From Candidatus Tenderia sp. (lineage in GTDB: Bacteria > Pseudomonadota > Gammaproteobacteria > Tenderiales > Tenderiaceae), in assembly GCA_031416075.1 (NCBI GenBank), contig JANOSY010000054.1:1-63681 (forward strand): DNA of 63,681 nucleotides, given 5' to 3'. The stretch's first letter is position 1. The number at the start of each line of letters is the position of its first letter. This document shows positions 1 to 10,186 of this stretch, piece after piece. Position numbers and translations under genes: made by a program. A model generated the notes under the pieces. That model searched no databases, was not told the DNA's origin, and worked only from the letters and a program-made list of their open reading frames with translations.

Positions 1-143
1 TCCCCCGGCTAAGCCGGGGGATTACCTTATTTATTTAATTCTCCTAACTTTTGATCGAGTCAGAAGAATCAGGCCGACCGTAGCGCTCGGTCAAACCTAA
101 AGAGTCCCCCGGCAAAGCCGGGGGATTACCTTATTTATTTAAT
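1..143 (-). mobile_element. Two tandem copies of an IS200/IS605-end-like (or REP-like) hairpin unit; no transposase in the window
   Basis: 39-nt unit TCCCCCGGC(t/a)AAGCCGGGGGATTACCTTATTTATTTAAT at 1-39 and 105-143 (one mismatch, period 104). It contains a perfect 9-bp GC-rich stem with a 3-nt loop. Family assignment is from resemblance only. Confidence 0.55.
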
Positions 144-202
144 CTCTTTCGGAGTACTTTGTTGTCAGTCGACGTGCCGACAGATGCCTAACAAATCATT
201 GC

Positions 203-237
203 AAAAAAAGAGGGCAGTTTCAATTCTACCCCTCTTT
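203..237 (-). terminator. Probable intrinsic terminator after the RND operon
   Basis: Minus strand AGAGGGGTAG...CTGCCCTCT imperfect stem running into a T7 tract, just downstream of the RND stop codon. Confidence 0.6.
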
Positions 238-273
238 ATACAAGCGTCCTCTATGGTTAATTAGGTTTTTAGT

Positions 274-3200
274 CTATCCCCTTTTTTGAAAACGCCTCTG
301 CATCCAAGTCACCGCATTCAGGTAGCTACGTAGCAATACTGGGATAACAAACATTGTTAATAAGGCTGAGATTACCAGTCCCCAAACAATAGAGGTGGCA
401 ACGGGACCCCACAGGAGTGAATGGCCACCCAATCCTGTCGCAAGCGAAAACAGACCGGCAACTGTTGTGGCGGTGGTAATGATGATGGGAATGACACGCC
501 GCCTAGCCGCGTAGAGTGTTGCATGCAGTGGTGACATTCCCGCACGCAGCCGGTCATTCGCCGCTGAAATGAGCACAATGGCGGCGTTGACGGCGATACC
601 TGCCAGCGCCACTACCCCATATAGCGTATAGAGACTGAGTGGATTTTGTGTGATCCATAATCCAAATATCACTCCGCTGAATGCCATAGGCACGGTGGTC
701 AGTATCAACAGCGGCTGAACGTAGCTACGGAACTGTGCGCCCAACACCAGATACATCAGCATAACGCCAAAGAAGAAGAGGATAGTTAAAGCGCCCATAC
801 TCTCCTCTATATCATCAAGCTCACCAGAAAAATCGAGATCAACACTGGGATAGCGTAACGATATCTGTTTCCATGCGTCACTGATGATTTTATTAGCAGC
901 AACGGTATTGGTCTGCTCTTTATCAATATCTGCCTCCAGGGTAATTGCTCGCCTGAATCCATAATGACGAATATTGCCCACCCCTTCACCACGCTCTACT
1001 ATCACCAGTCGGCCGAGTGTGATTTCGCCGCCCTCTTTTGTTGGCACGGTTGTTTGTAGTAGATCATCTATCGCTTCAAGCTGTGTGGTCTTTGCCAGGA
1101 CACGAATATTCAACTCCTCCCCCTGATTTTGCATACTGGCAACCACATCGCCATCAACCATTAAACGAATCATGCGCGTAATGGTCACGGGGTCAACACC
1201 TGCACGGCGGGCAGCATCGCTCTCTACACGCAAGCGTAGCTCTAACTGGCCAACACTGTCATCGTCAACAATCTCTTTCATTACGTTACTCTTTAGCATG
1301 ACCTCTTTTATTTCAGCCACGGCTGCGCGCAAGTCTTCAATCTCCTCACCACGTACTTTAACGCTAATTGCCTTTGCCGCCGGTGGTCCACCCGCCAAAC
1401 GCAGGAATGATATGTTGGTAGGGCCCACGGTTGCCAGGACATCTGTTCGTAATGAAGCCATCACCTCATCAACGGTACGCAGTCCATCACCATCGGGTGT
1501 CAGAGAGACGAGTATCTGTGCATATTGGTCACCAACAAACGCACCTGTCTCAGTAAAAATCTGCCCCGCATAGACAACTACGGCACGTGTATCCTCTTGA
1601 GTTAGGTGGCTATGCACGGTTTTTTCTATTTGCAAACCTTTATCTAAAGTTTGCGCTAGTGGTGTCCCGGTAGGCATTGTGATGTTGACGTAAAATTTAC
1701 GAATGGGGTCTGAGGCAAAAAAATCAACTTTAACTGCCCCAGAGGTGGCAACAACAGTCGCGGCAATAAAAAATGTCACCATGATAGTCAATACTGTTTT
1801 TGGGTAACGCATTGCCTTAATCAATAGACGCGTATATTTGACTCGCACTAGACGTAACATTTTCACACGTGAATGGTGAAACCGTGATGGTTTTTTAAAA
1901 CTGAGTTTACTGGCCAGTATGTGGGATGGCAGCATCCAGAATGACTCCACCAGACTGAGCAACAGCGCTGTTGTGACTACCAATGGCACTACGTACATAA
2001 ATTTTCCCAGTATGCCGGGCATCAACATCAAGGGTAAAAATGCGGCGATGGTGGTTAATACAGCGGCGGTCACGGGGGTAAAGACCTCTTTCATCGACTC
2101 CACACAGGCATTTAATGCATCCATGCCTCTTTGCATTCGGTAATATATTGCTTCCACTACAACTACGGCATCATCTACCAGCATACCCAGGCTAATCACG
2201 ACCCCAAGTAATACCATGACATTCAGTGTCTGCCCTATTCCACTCAGTAGCCAGAAGGTACCTGCCAATATAAACGGAATGCCAATTGCGGTGAGCAGCG
2301 CTATGCGGCTACCCAGAAAAAACCAACAGACCAACAGCACCATTGCCAGCCCTGACAGCGCATTACTCTGCATCACGCTTAACGCTTTACGCGTTATCTC
2401 TGTTTGGTCATCGGCCAGCTCCAACCGCACGCCAGTGCCGTTACTGACCCGATTACGATCAGCCACGTAATCATTGAGCCGCTCTACCAGCTGCAATGTA
2501 TTCACTTGCGCCTGTTTAGTCACGGCAAGCATTACGGCGTGCTCTCCGTTATAACGGACCAGTTGCCGCTCTTTGGTACGGCCGCGTGATACCTCTGCCA
2601 CCATGCCCAAAGTCACTTCACCTTGGGCCGTGAGTATGGGTAACTGTGCTAAATATTCAGGATCACTACTGGTACCAATGACTCTCACCAGCCAATTTTG
2701 ATTTTGCACTTGTACTGAGCCAGCGGCTTGATCATGAAAAAACTGGGTAACTGTGTCAGCCACGTCAACAATGCTAATACCAAGATGGTTTAATCTATCG
2801 GGTAATACGTGAATCTGCAGCTCCGGTTCATGCAGGCCACTGTCCCAGACTTGATCGATACCACGAATCCGCTCAACATCACGCTTTACCTGTTGTGCCT
2901 GCCGACGTAGGTTTTCATCATCGCCTGCACCACTAATGATAAGCGTTGCCGTTGGTATGGAGTTAGCCGTGGTCACTTCAATCACCATCGGCTCATCAAT
3001 ATCCTCTGGCAACTCACCACTTTTGCTCTGTACCTCACGACGTAGATCATTAATACGTTTATCAAAAGTGCTACTGTTAATATCATTAAAACGAACAACA
3101 ATGACGGACAACCCTTCACGGCTGGTGCTGGATACAAACTTGATGTCTGATATTTTTCGTACTGCCGCTTCCAGTACGTTGGTGACCCGCTTTTCAACGT

Positions 3201-3366
3201 CAGTAGCCGCCGCCCCTGGCAACGCAGTATGAATCTCTATCCAGTTAAAATTGATGGTTGGATCCTGCTCACGCGGTAATTGTGTATAGGATAAAAAGCC
3301 AACCACCAGTACCAATAGGAAAGTAAGATTAACCAGTACGTGATTTTTATATAGGTGAACTAACAT
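274..3366 (-). CDS. RND efflux transporter permease (AcrB/AcrD/AcrF family)
   Basis: 1030 aa, two large periplasmic loops, TM4 motif GMLVDDAVVVVE, C-terminal R-x-x-P-I-x-x-T motif. Confidence 0.93.
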   Translation of the reverse strand: MLVHLYKNHVLVNLTFLLVLVVGFLSYTQLPREQDPTINFNWIEIHTALPGAAATDVEKRVTNVLEAAVRKISDIKFVSSTSREGLSVIVVRFNDINSSTFDKRINDLRREVQSKSGELPEDIDEPMVIEVTTANSIPTATLIISGAGDDENLRRQAQQVKRDVERIRGIDQVWDSGLHEPELQIHVLPDRLNHLGISIVDVADTVTQFFHDQAAGSVQVQNQNWLVRVIGTSSDPEYLAQLPILTAQGEVTLGMVAEVSRGRTKERQLVRYNGEHAVMLAVTKQAQVNTLQLVERLNDYVADRNRVSNGTGVRLELADDQTEITRKALSVMQSNALSGLAMVLLVCWFFLGSRIALLTAIGIPFILAGTFWLLSGIGQTLNVMVLLGVVISLGMLVDDAVVVVEAIYYRMQRGMDALNACVESMKEVFTPVTAAVLTTIAAFLPLMLMPGILGKFMYVVPLVVTTALLLSLVESFWMLPSHILASKLSFKKPSRFHHSRVKMLRLVRVKYTRLLIKAMRYPKTVLTIMVTFFIAATVVATSGAVKVDFFASDPIRKFYVNITMPTGTPLAQTLDKGLQIEKTVHSHLTQEDTRAVVVYAGQIFTETGAFVGDQYAQILVSLTPDGDGLRTVDEVMASLRTDVLATVGPTNISFLRLAGGPPAAKAISVKVRGEEIEDLRAAVAEIKEVMLKSNVMKEIVDDDSVGQLELRLRVESDAARRAGVDPVTITRMIRLMVDGDVVASMQNQGEELNIRVLAKTTQLEAIDDLLQTTVPTKEGGEITLGRLVIVERGEGVGNIRHYGFRRAITLEADIDKEQTNTVAANKIISDAWKQISLRYPSVDLDFSGELDDIEESMGALTILFFFGVMLMYLVLGAQFRSYVQPLLILTTVPMAFSGVIFGLWITQNPLSLYTLYGVVALAGIAVNAAIVLISAANDRLRAGMSPLHATLYAARRRVIPIIITTATTVAGLFSLATGLGGHSLLWGPVATSIVWGLVISALLTMFVIPVLLRSYLNAVTWMQRRFQKRG

Positions 3367-4400
3367 TAACGTGCGTTCATCACTCGATCACCATCACGTA
3401 AGGAGTACCGCCCTTCCACTGCAATAAGTGCATTGGAAGGCAACTGTTTGACAGGGGCTGGACGCCCTTCAATGGCATCGGGCAATATAACAAAACGCGC
3501 CTTCTCTTGTTCTATCACGAAGATCCCCAAATGCCCGGCCCGCTTGACAGGCAAATCGGCAGGGAGATGAGCGATACTATTTTTCCACTCAAGCCGTCCT
3601 ACCTCTCCTGGCAGCGGGGTGTTGTCCGCGAAATTAAAGCGTACTTCACGTTGACGTAAGCGGGGATCGATCTTTTCTGGCGCGGCACGTAATACCAGAG
3701 GATAACGCTGATCCTGTACAACAAACTCAACACGTTTGGCCTGTCGCAACATTTCCAGATCGTCCACACCAATCTGGGAGGAGAGTTCCAAACGTAGCGT
3801 GTCAAGCAGCGTGACCACAGGTGTGCCTGTGGTTATCCACTCACCTTCTGCCACCAAACGCGAGGTCACCACACCAGAAAAAGGGGCGTTTACTTCACAA
3901 CGTGCCACATTCAGTTTGGCCATATTGGTACTGGCGATCGCCATGGCACGTTCTGCCTCTGAAACTTTCAGTTCACTCTGGCGCTGTTGTAGCAATTCCG
4001 CAGAAAGGCTATTACTGCTATGCAGTTGCTCTGACCGCTTCAGTTGTGCTGCCAGCCACTCCAGCCGTGCATCTATCACCGCTACGCTCGCCTGAACCTG
4101 ATTCAATTGCTGGCGGGCGTCATCACATATCAAAGTGATCAGTGGCTCACCTCGTTTAACTTTATCCCCTACCTTAACTGCAACTGAACCCACTAACGCA
4201 CTCAACTGCGTACTAATACGACTCTCATTCAGGCTCAACACCTGTGCGGGTGCAGACTTGCCTGGATACATCACAAGCTCGGACAACGGCTTTGTTGTGA
4301 TCGGTCGTGGCTGACTATTTTCTGCACTCAACGTCAATCCAGACCACATCACCAACAACAGCGCTGTGTTTATCAAAATAGAGTGTCTGTGCAGCGCCAT
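3366..4400 (-). CDS. RND periplasmic adaptor (membrane fusion protein)
   Basis: Signal sequence, lipoyl halves VKVGDKVKRGEPL and APFSGVV...EGE flanking a helical hairpin; TAATG coupling to the RND gene. Confidence 0.9.
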   Translation of the reverse strand: MALHRHSILINTALLLVMWSGLTLSAENSQPRPITTKPLSELVMYPGKSAPAQVLSLNESRISTQLSALVGSVAVKVGDKVKRGEPLITLICDDARQQLNQVQASVAVIDARLEWLAAQLKRSEQLHSSNSLSAELLQQRQSELKVSEAERAMAIASTNMAKLNVARCEVNAPFSGVVTSRLVAEGEWITTGTPVVTLLDTLRLELSSQIGVDDLEMLRQAKRVEFVVQDQRYPLVLRAAPEKIDPRLRQREVRFNFADNTPLPGEVGRLEWKNSIAHLPADLPVKRAGHLGIFVIEQEKARFVILPDAIEGRPAPVKQLPSNALIAVEGRYSLRDGDRVMNAR

Positions 4401-4462
4401 TTTTATCCCTTTTAATGATTACCCATCACCGCATGTATACGTCACTGAGCCATACTAATATA

Positions 4463-4897
4463 TCAATCACTCACCACCAAACTCATAATCGCTACGATAG
4501 TCGCCATTACTCCCAAGGCAAATATCATCCAGTCCCCCTGCCCCATTCCAGGTGCCAGAGTCGATTGTTGAATATTCGTTGGATTATAAAACACCCGCAC
4601 TCTGCTTCCCAAAGGATAGCGCTCTACATAACCAGCAGCCAGCTCCGGAGTAGGCATAGTACCTGTTGGAAATTCTATTTTGACGCTCTGCTGCTGACCA
4701 TCCACAAAGTAGCTAAACACGATCAGGGGCAACAGATCATCTTCATTCGACGAAATATCGCAGCGCTCAATAACACCATCAACCTGTGGCCAGCGCAATG
4801 TTCGGCGTGCGGCTGCCATAATGGACCAACCCCACCCGGTCACAACCAAACCACCTAGTAAAAAAAGCCATAAAATTACAGCATAGGCATTAAACAT
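4463..4897 (-). CDS. DUF3592-family membrane protein
   Basis: TM helix, WPQVDGVI, Y-x-V-D-G, VRVFYNP, then a second TM helix. Confidence 0.75.
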   Translation of the reverse strand: MFNAYAVILWLFLLGGLVVTGWGWSIMAAARRTLRWPQVDGVIERCDISSNEDDLLPLIVFSYFVDGQQQSVKIEFPTGTMPTPELAAGYVERYPLGSRVRVFYNPTNIQQSTLAPGMGQGDWMIFALGVMATIVAIMSLVVSD

Positions 4898-5107
4898 CGG
4901 CTACCTACTCATCAAATAGTGAAGCAAAAGAGAAATAACATGATATGACAGATTCATATGTAACGTATGCTGCCAAAATAGAGAGTGAATGGGGAAAAAT
5001 TAAAAGATTTTTTAAGACTGCCATATAATGACGATATAGATGGAAACCGCCAAATTCCGGGCATCACCTGCACTGCGCCCGGAATAAGAAATTGCTAAGC
5101 ATTAAGT

Positions 5108-6001
5108 TTAACGGTCCAACCCAACATCACAAACAAAAGATTTCAGGTAACGACGAAAGTCAGACCCAAGCTCTTTATGCTCAAGGGCATATTCTACGGT
5201 TGCCTGTAGGTAACCAAGTTTGCTACCACAGTCGTAACGTTTACCCTCAAACTCATAAGCAAGCACATTTTGTATCTTTAACAGCTTGGCAATCGCATCA
5301 GTCAGCTGAATTTCACCACCGGCACCACGTCCAGTCTGTTCTAACAAAGTAAAAATCTCTGACGTCAATATGTATCGCCCGACTACCGCCAGATTTGATG
5401 GCGCAACTTCGGGATGAGGCTTCTCAACAATCCCATTGAGTTGATGTAGACGACTCTCTGTATCATCGATTTTGACAATGCCATATTTGTTGGTCTCTTC
5501 TGGTGCAACACGCTCTGTGCCCAGCACACTACATTGGCGCTCATTAAAAACTTCAACCATCTGGCTGAGGCAGGATTTTTCACCGCCATTAATCAGATCA
5601 TCGGCAAGAATAACGGCAAACGGTTCATTTCCCACGATCGGTTTTGCACACCAGACAGCATGTCCCAATCCCAGAGCTTCCGGCTGGCGTACGTATACAC
5701 ACGAAACCCCCTTGGGCACGATGCCACGAAGCACCTCAAGCAGATCATGCTTGCCACGCTTCTCTAGCTCATTTTCCATCTCATAGTTTTTATCAAAATG
5801 GTCTTCAATCGCCCGCTTGCTACTGCTGGTCACAAATATCAGCTCGTTAATTCCTGCTGCCATCGCCTCTTCAGCCGCGTATTGAATCAACGGTTTGTCC
5901 ACGATGGGCAACATCTCTTTAGGATTCGCTTTTGTGGCCGGCAAAAAACGTGTGCCCATGCCAGCAACCGGGAAGACCGCTTTTTTTACTTTAAGATTCA
6001 T
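5108..6001 (-). CDS. galU: UTP--glucose-1-phosphate uridylyltransferase
   Basis: [30 protein letters not shown] and GEIQLTDAI motifs. Confidence 0.97.
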   Translation of the reverse strand: MNLKVKKAVFPVAGMGTRFLPATKANPKEMLPIVDKPLIQYAAEEAMAAGINELIFVTSSSKRAIEDHFDKNYEMENELEKRGKHDLLEVLRGIVPKGVSCVYVRQPEALGLGHAVWCAKPIVGNEPFAVILADDLINGGEKSCLSQMVEVFNERQCSVLGTERVAPEETNKYGIVKIDDTESRLHQLNGIVEKPHPEVAPSNLAVVGRYILTSEIFTLLEQTGRGAGGEIQLTDAIAKLLKIQNVLAYEFEGKRYDCGSKLGYLQATVEYALEHKELGSDFRRYLKSFVCDVGLDR

Positions 6002-7887
6002 GGTTTTGCTCTGTTTAACTTAACAACATTATCTACAATTGGTGTCTGATGTTCCATTTCAGGTACCAGCTTTTGTAATAACAACCGACAGAGCGGCTCG
6101 TCATACCGCTGACAGGCGTTCTCCATCTCTTCCATAATCAGCTGAATGTGGTTCCAATCGACATGCCTGCTCTGCGCCAGCAGGATTTTCTCGTGACGTG
6201 TTTTGGTCAGTTTTTCCTGATCATGAAATAGCTCTTCATACAGCTTTTCACCTGGGCGCAGGCCAGTGTAAACAATCTCAATATCATGGCCCGGTATTTT
6301 TCCAGAGAGGCGAATCATCTGTTCTGCCAGATAGCTGATTTTAATGGGCTCTCCCATCTCCAGCACAAAAATCTCTCCACCCGCTCCCATGGCTGCGGCC
6401 TGCATAATCAGCTGCGTCGCCTCTGGGATCGTCATGAAATAACGGGTGATGTCAGTATGGGTAACCGTCACCGGCCCACCCCGCTCAATCTGCTCACGAA
6501 ACAGTGGCACCACACTGCCCGCCGAACCAAGCACGTTGCCAAATCGAACAGTAATGTAATGTGTTTTAGAACGCGTATTAAAATTCTGGCAAAAAATTTC
6601 AGCCGCACGTTTACTGGCACCCATCACATTAGCGGGGTTAACAGCCTTATCCGTTGATATCAGGACCACGGTGGCAGCACCATGACGATCAGCGGCAAGC
6701 ACTACCGCCCGACTCCCCAGCACATTGTTACGGACTGCCTCTCTTACCTGCGTCTCAAGCATGGGCACATGTTTATACGCGGCCGCATGAAATACTACTT
6801 CAGGTTTATAGCGTGTAAAGGCGTGATCCAGGGCCACTTCGTCACAAACATCAATCAAATGGGGGGCAAGTTCAAGATTGGGGAAGTTGTTACGCAACTC
6901 CATTTTAATACTATATAGATTGAATTCGGAATGCTCCAGAATCACCAACGTTGCAGGACCAAGCCTGGCAATTTGACGACACAGCTCAGAACCAATAGAG
7001 CCACCACCGCCTGTGACAAACACTACCTTACCGGCAATTCCCTGACTGATCTCTTTCCAGTCCAACGTCACAGGGTCACGCCCCAACAGGTCTTCAATCG
7101 ATACACGACGCAATGCCTGCAGTCCAGCCTCGCCAGAGATAAGATCCTCCACTTTGGGTAGTGTGCGGAAATTCACTCGTGCATTTTCACACAACGTCAC
7201 TATACGTTGCATCTGTGTATTATTTAGGGAGGGCATGGCAATCACCACCATATCAATGGCGTTTTCTTGGGTGATTGTTTGCAGTTGATCAAGTCGGCCA
7301 AATACGGGTAATCCCTGAACCTTGGCTCCTTTCAATTGGATATTATCATCCAGAAAACCCACTGGCTGATATTCCGTGGCCCGCCGCATATCACGCGCCA
7401 ACATCTCCGCGGCGCTACCCGCACCGAGAATCAATACACGTTGCGTATTAATAGTACGTGAAACGCCTTTTGGCACCGTTCCATAATCTTTCCACAACCG
7501 GTAAATCAGGCGTGGGCCGCCCAACAAAAAGACTAGGAACATCGGGTACATTAAAAACGTCGAACGTGGCACGCCTTCAATCCGATTATAGAGAAACAGC
7601 AGTAGCCCAATAGCGGTAACACCCAATAAGGCAGCACGTGAGATATTCCAGAGATCTGGCAAACTGGCAAAACGCCACAGACTACGATAGAGCCCCGTCC
7701 ACCACAGCGCCAACCCCTGTGCAGCGACCACAATGGGTAGGCTAATGACAAACTGATGCCAATCAATTTCAAAATGGGCAATGCTGTAACGCAGCATGAA
7801 GGCTAAGCTCCATGCCAGCGTCACCATTAACAGATCGTGAAAAATGACAGCAGTGCGACGATTAAATTGAACCATAGCTATTTGCAA
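5998..7887 (-). CDS. wbpM: Membrane-anchored UDP-GlcNAc 4,6-dehydratase (WbpM/PglF/CapD family)
   Basis: 4 N-terminal TMs, [51 protein letters not shown]. Confidence 0.9.
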   Translation of the reverse strand: MQIAMVQFNRRTAVIFHDLLMVTLAWSLAFMLRYSIAHFEIDWHQFVISLPIVVAAQGLALWWTGLYRSLWRFASLPDLWNISRAALLGVTAIGLLLFLYNRIEGVPRSTFLMYPMFLVFLLGGPRLIYRLWKDYGTVPKGVSRTINTQRVLILGAGSAAEMLARDMRRATEYQPVGFLDDNIQLKGAKVQGLPVFGRLDQLQTITQENAIDMVVIAMPSLNNTQMQRIVTLCENARVNFRTLPKVEDLISGEAGLQALRRVSIEDLLGRDPVTLDWKEISQGIAGKVVFVTGGGGSIGSELCRQIARLGPATLVILEHSEFNLYSIKMELRNNFPNLELAPHLIDVCDEVALDHAFTRYKPEVVFHAAAYKHVPMLETQVREAVRNNVLGSRAVVLAADRHGAATVVLISTDKAVNPANVMGASKRAAEIFCQNFNTRSKTHYITVRFGNVLGSAGSVVPLFREQIERGGPVTVTHTDITRYFMTIPEATQLIMQAAAMGAGGEIFVLEMGEPIKISYLAEQMIRLSGKIPGHDIEIVYTGLRPGEKLYEELFHDQEKLTKTRHEKILLAQSRHVDWNHIQLIMEEMENACQRYDEPLCRLLLQKLVPEMEHQTPIVDNVVKLNRAKP

Positions 7888-8924
7888 TCTTCCGGTTTAA
7901 CAGCATCCATAAACTGTATGTACCACCAGACAAATGTAGTAGCAGCAGCAGCGCTACCCAATAACAGCAACATTAACTCCGGAGCCCACCATGCCCACAG
8001 TGCCAACGGCCATAATATCAGGACGTTTATCCCGATAAAACAGAGCGTCACACTCCGATGAGAGCAGCCCCTCTGAGTCAAACGTTGGTAACCGTGGCTA
8101 CGATGTGCAGTATACCACTTCTCCCCTTTAATCATACGGTTAAGCAAGGTAAGCGTACTATCTCCCACAAAAAGCATCAGCAGCAATGCCCATATCAATA
8201 GGGGTGCCGCCCCCGATTGCTCACTTGCCAACGCTAGCACGGCAAATATAAAGCCAATCAAACCACTGCCCACATCCCCCATGAAGATGCGGGCCGGTGG
8301 CCAGTTCCATATTAGAAATCCAGCACATGTAGCCGCCAATAACCATGCGGTGACGGCCAGCCCTACATTTCCAGCCATCCACAACAATGCTCCGCCCATC
8401 AACGCAGCACAGATCCCCTGCCCTCCCGCTAGGCCATCGATACCATCCATGAAGTTGTAGAAATTGATCAGCCAGACAATACCAATCACCGCCAGAATTG
8501 AACCAATGCCAGGCAATGGCAGAAAGAAACTGCCCAGATTTAATTGGGATATACCCCCAAGGCAGTAGACAGCCCAGGATGCAGCAATAACATGAACAAG
8601 TGCGCGCCACCTTGCGGGTACATGACGATGGTCATCAATCCAACCAACAACCGCAATCAAGATGCCGCCCCCCAGCAAGGCCATTGATACCGCAGTGGAC
8701 AGAACAGCCAGCCACCACAAACCCGCAACCCCTAGGTGAAAGACAAACGCAATCGCCAAACCACCACCTCGAGGAGTGGGTGTTGCATGTGAACTGCGTT
8801 CATTGGGATGATCCAGCAACTGCTTTATTGCATATCGCCTGACAATGGCAACCAGAACAGCGCAGGTTATAAATGCTGCCAGCAAAAACACAAACATTAC
8901 TCTTGAATGAAGAGAATCCATCAT
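7878..8924 (-). CDS. wbpL: Undecaprenyl-phosphate HexNAc-1-phosphate transferase (WbpL/MraY-like)
   Basis: D-x-PNERSSH-x-x-PTPRGGG, GWIDD, NFYNFMDGIDG, FMGDVGS, AHRSH. Confidence 0.88.
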   Translation of the reverse strand: MMDSLHSRVMFVFLLAAFITCAVLVAIVRRYAIKQLLDHPNERSSHATPTPRGGGLAIAFVFHLGVAGLWWLAVLSTAVSMALLGGGILIAVVGWIDDHRHVPARWRALVHVIAASWAVYCLGGISQLNLGSFFLPLPGIGSILAVIGIVWLINFYNFMDGIDGLAGGQGICAALMGGALLWMAGNVGLAVTAWLLAATCAGFLIWNWPPARIFMGDVGSGLIGFIFAVLALASEQSGAAPLLIWALLLMLFVGDSTLTLLNRMIKGEKWYTAHRSHGYQRLTQRGCSHRSVTLCFIGINVLILWPLALWAWWAPELMLLLLGSAAAATTFVWWYIQFMDAVKPEDCK

Positions 8925-8944
8925 GGATCAGGCTGCTGAAATGG

Positions 8945-9862
8945 TCACTGAGGCATATCTTTTGCCGCCAACCGGAATGGCCGCGGCGCAAAATTCAAAT
9001 CTCGACTCGCCTCTTTGTGGTCGAAGACAAGATCCTGATTCATCCTTTCAGCCATTGCCGCACTCCAGTGGCGGTAGCGTGGTAACAAACGCAGGCAGAC
9101 TAATGCAAACCGAAAAAAACCCAAGGGCACAGTTAATAGATGCACACGACGATTTAGAGCTAAAAACACACGATCTACCATCTCACGATAAGGCAATGTT
9201 TCACCACCAGAAAGGTTGTAGGCATTATTAGCGGCCATAGGTGAGACCAAGGCTGCGGCACATGCAGCCGCCACATCTTCTGCATGTACCGGCTGACGCA
9301 ACCCCACTGCCTGCCCCAACAGCGGGAAAAACCCAAAGCGGCAAATAAAACGTGCGATCTCAGCGATGTTTTTATCTTTGCCCCGACCATATATCAAAGT
9401 AGGCCGCAGAATAACCCACTCAATCCCATTACTTTCAGCCCAGAGACGTAAACGCTCTTCACACGCTGCTAACTTTGCAGCTGTTTTGTGTTCATCCGGA
9501 TCAGAAGAGTCCGCCTTCGTAAAACGACTCGTCGATGAGAGCACCACAACCCGGCGCACGCCATAGGTTTCTAGCATTATAAAATATTCAGGTAGCACCC
9601 AGATGGGGGCAACACAGATCCAAAATGGAATTTTTTCATTTTGTATTGAATGTGTTCCCGCCTCTTTCTCTTCTTGTGGCGGGCAATGGGCAAGAGCAGT
9701 TCCTAACTGACGCCACACGATATGATCAACACCCTGTTTAGAGTTTTTTCGCGAGAATGCAATCACATCCCAACCATCACCCAGCAGCGGAATCAAACAC
9801 TCCCCTATCAAACTCGTAGCCCCGAGTAAACCAATTCGTATACATCCATATGTGTCATTCAT
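8945..9862 (-). CDS. Atypical NAD-dependent epimerase/reductase (WbpV/WbpK position)
   Basis: GATSLIG Rossmann variant, SSTS, LRPTLIYG, PVHAEDVA, YNLSGGE; directly upstream of wbpL-wbpM. Confidence 0.75.
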   Translation of the reverse strand: MNDTYGCIRIGLLGATSLIGECLIPLLGDGWDVIAFSRKNSKQGVDHIVWRQLGTALAHCPPQEEKEAGTHSIQNEKIPFWICVAPIWVLPEYFIMLETYGVRRVVVLSSTSRFTKADSSDPDEHKTAAKLAACEERLRLWAESNGIEWVILRPTLIYGRGKDKNIAEIARFICRFGFFPLLGQAVGLRQPVHAEDVAAACAAALVSPMAANNAYNLSGGETLPYREMVDRVFLALNRRVHLLTVPLGFFRFALVCLRLLPRYRHWSAAMAERMNQDLVFDHKEASRDLNFAPRPFRLAAKDMPQ

Positions 9863-10186
9863 GTAGTAAACGCATATTCCTTAGTGTTTATACTTTAACA
9901 TCGACAGGATCAAAAGACACTACAAAGACTGAATCACCTAGTCTCACTTCATACCGTTAGGATTGGTCAGGCAAACTAAGAACAGTCCTTTTTCAATCTT
10001 GTTGGCCATGTTTACAATGACAATAGTGCAATATGAGAGAAAAGGCGCTGCATGCAGCAGACTCCTGTCATAAGGATATATAAAATTTCCAAGCATAAAC
10101 TTCAGTAGAAAACAGATGTTTTTTTGCTGTGGGATCACTAATATCCATGAACCTTAATTTTTACGCCTCGTTTTTCGAATAAAACA

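Noticed and set aside
1-143. Possible CRISPR array (palindromic repeats with a spacer)
   Set aside because: Only two copies, a 65-nt spacer and no cas genes; the shape fits IS200/REP hairpins better.
9070-9081. Exact ops/JUMPstart core GGCGGTAGCGTG
   Set aside because: It is on the plus strand, which is the template strand for this minus-strand cluster, and lies inside a CDS; ops must be on the non-template strand of a leader. No ops was seen upstream of manC or rmlB.
9944-10138. 64-aa ORF in the AT-rich gap
   Set aside because: No recognisable motif; probably a chance ORF or decayed remnant.
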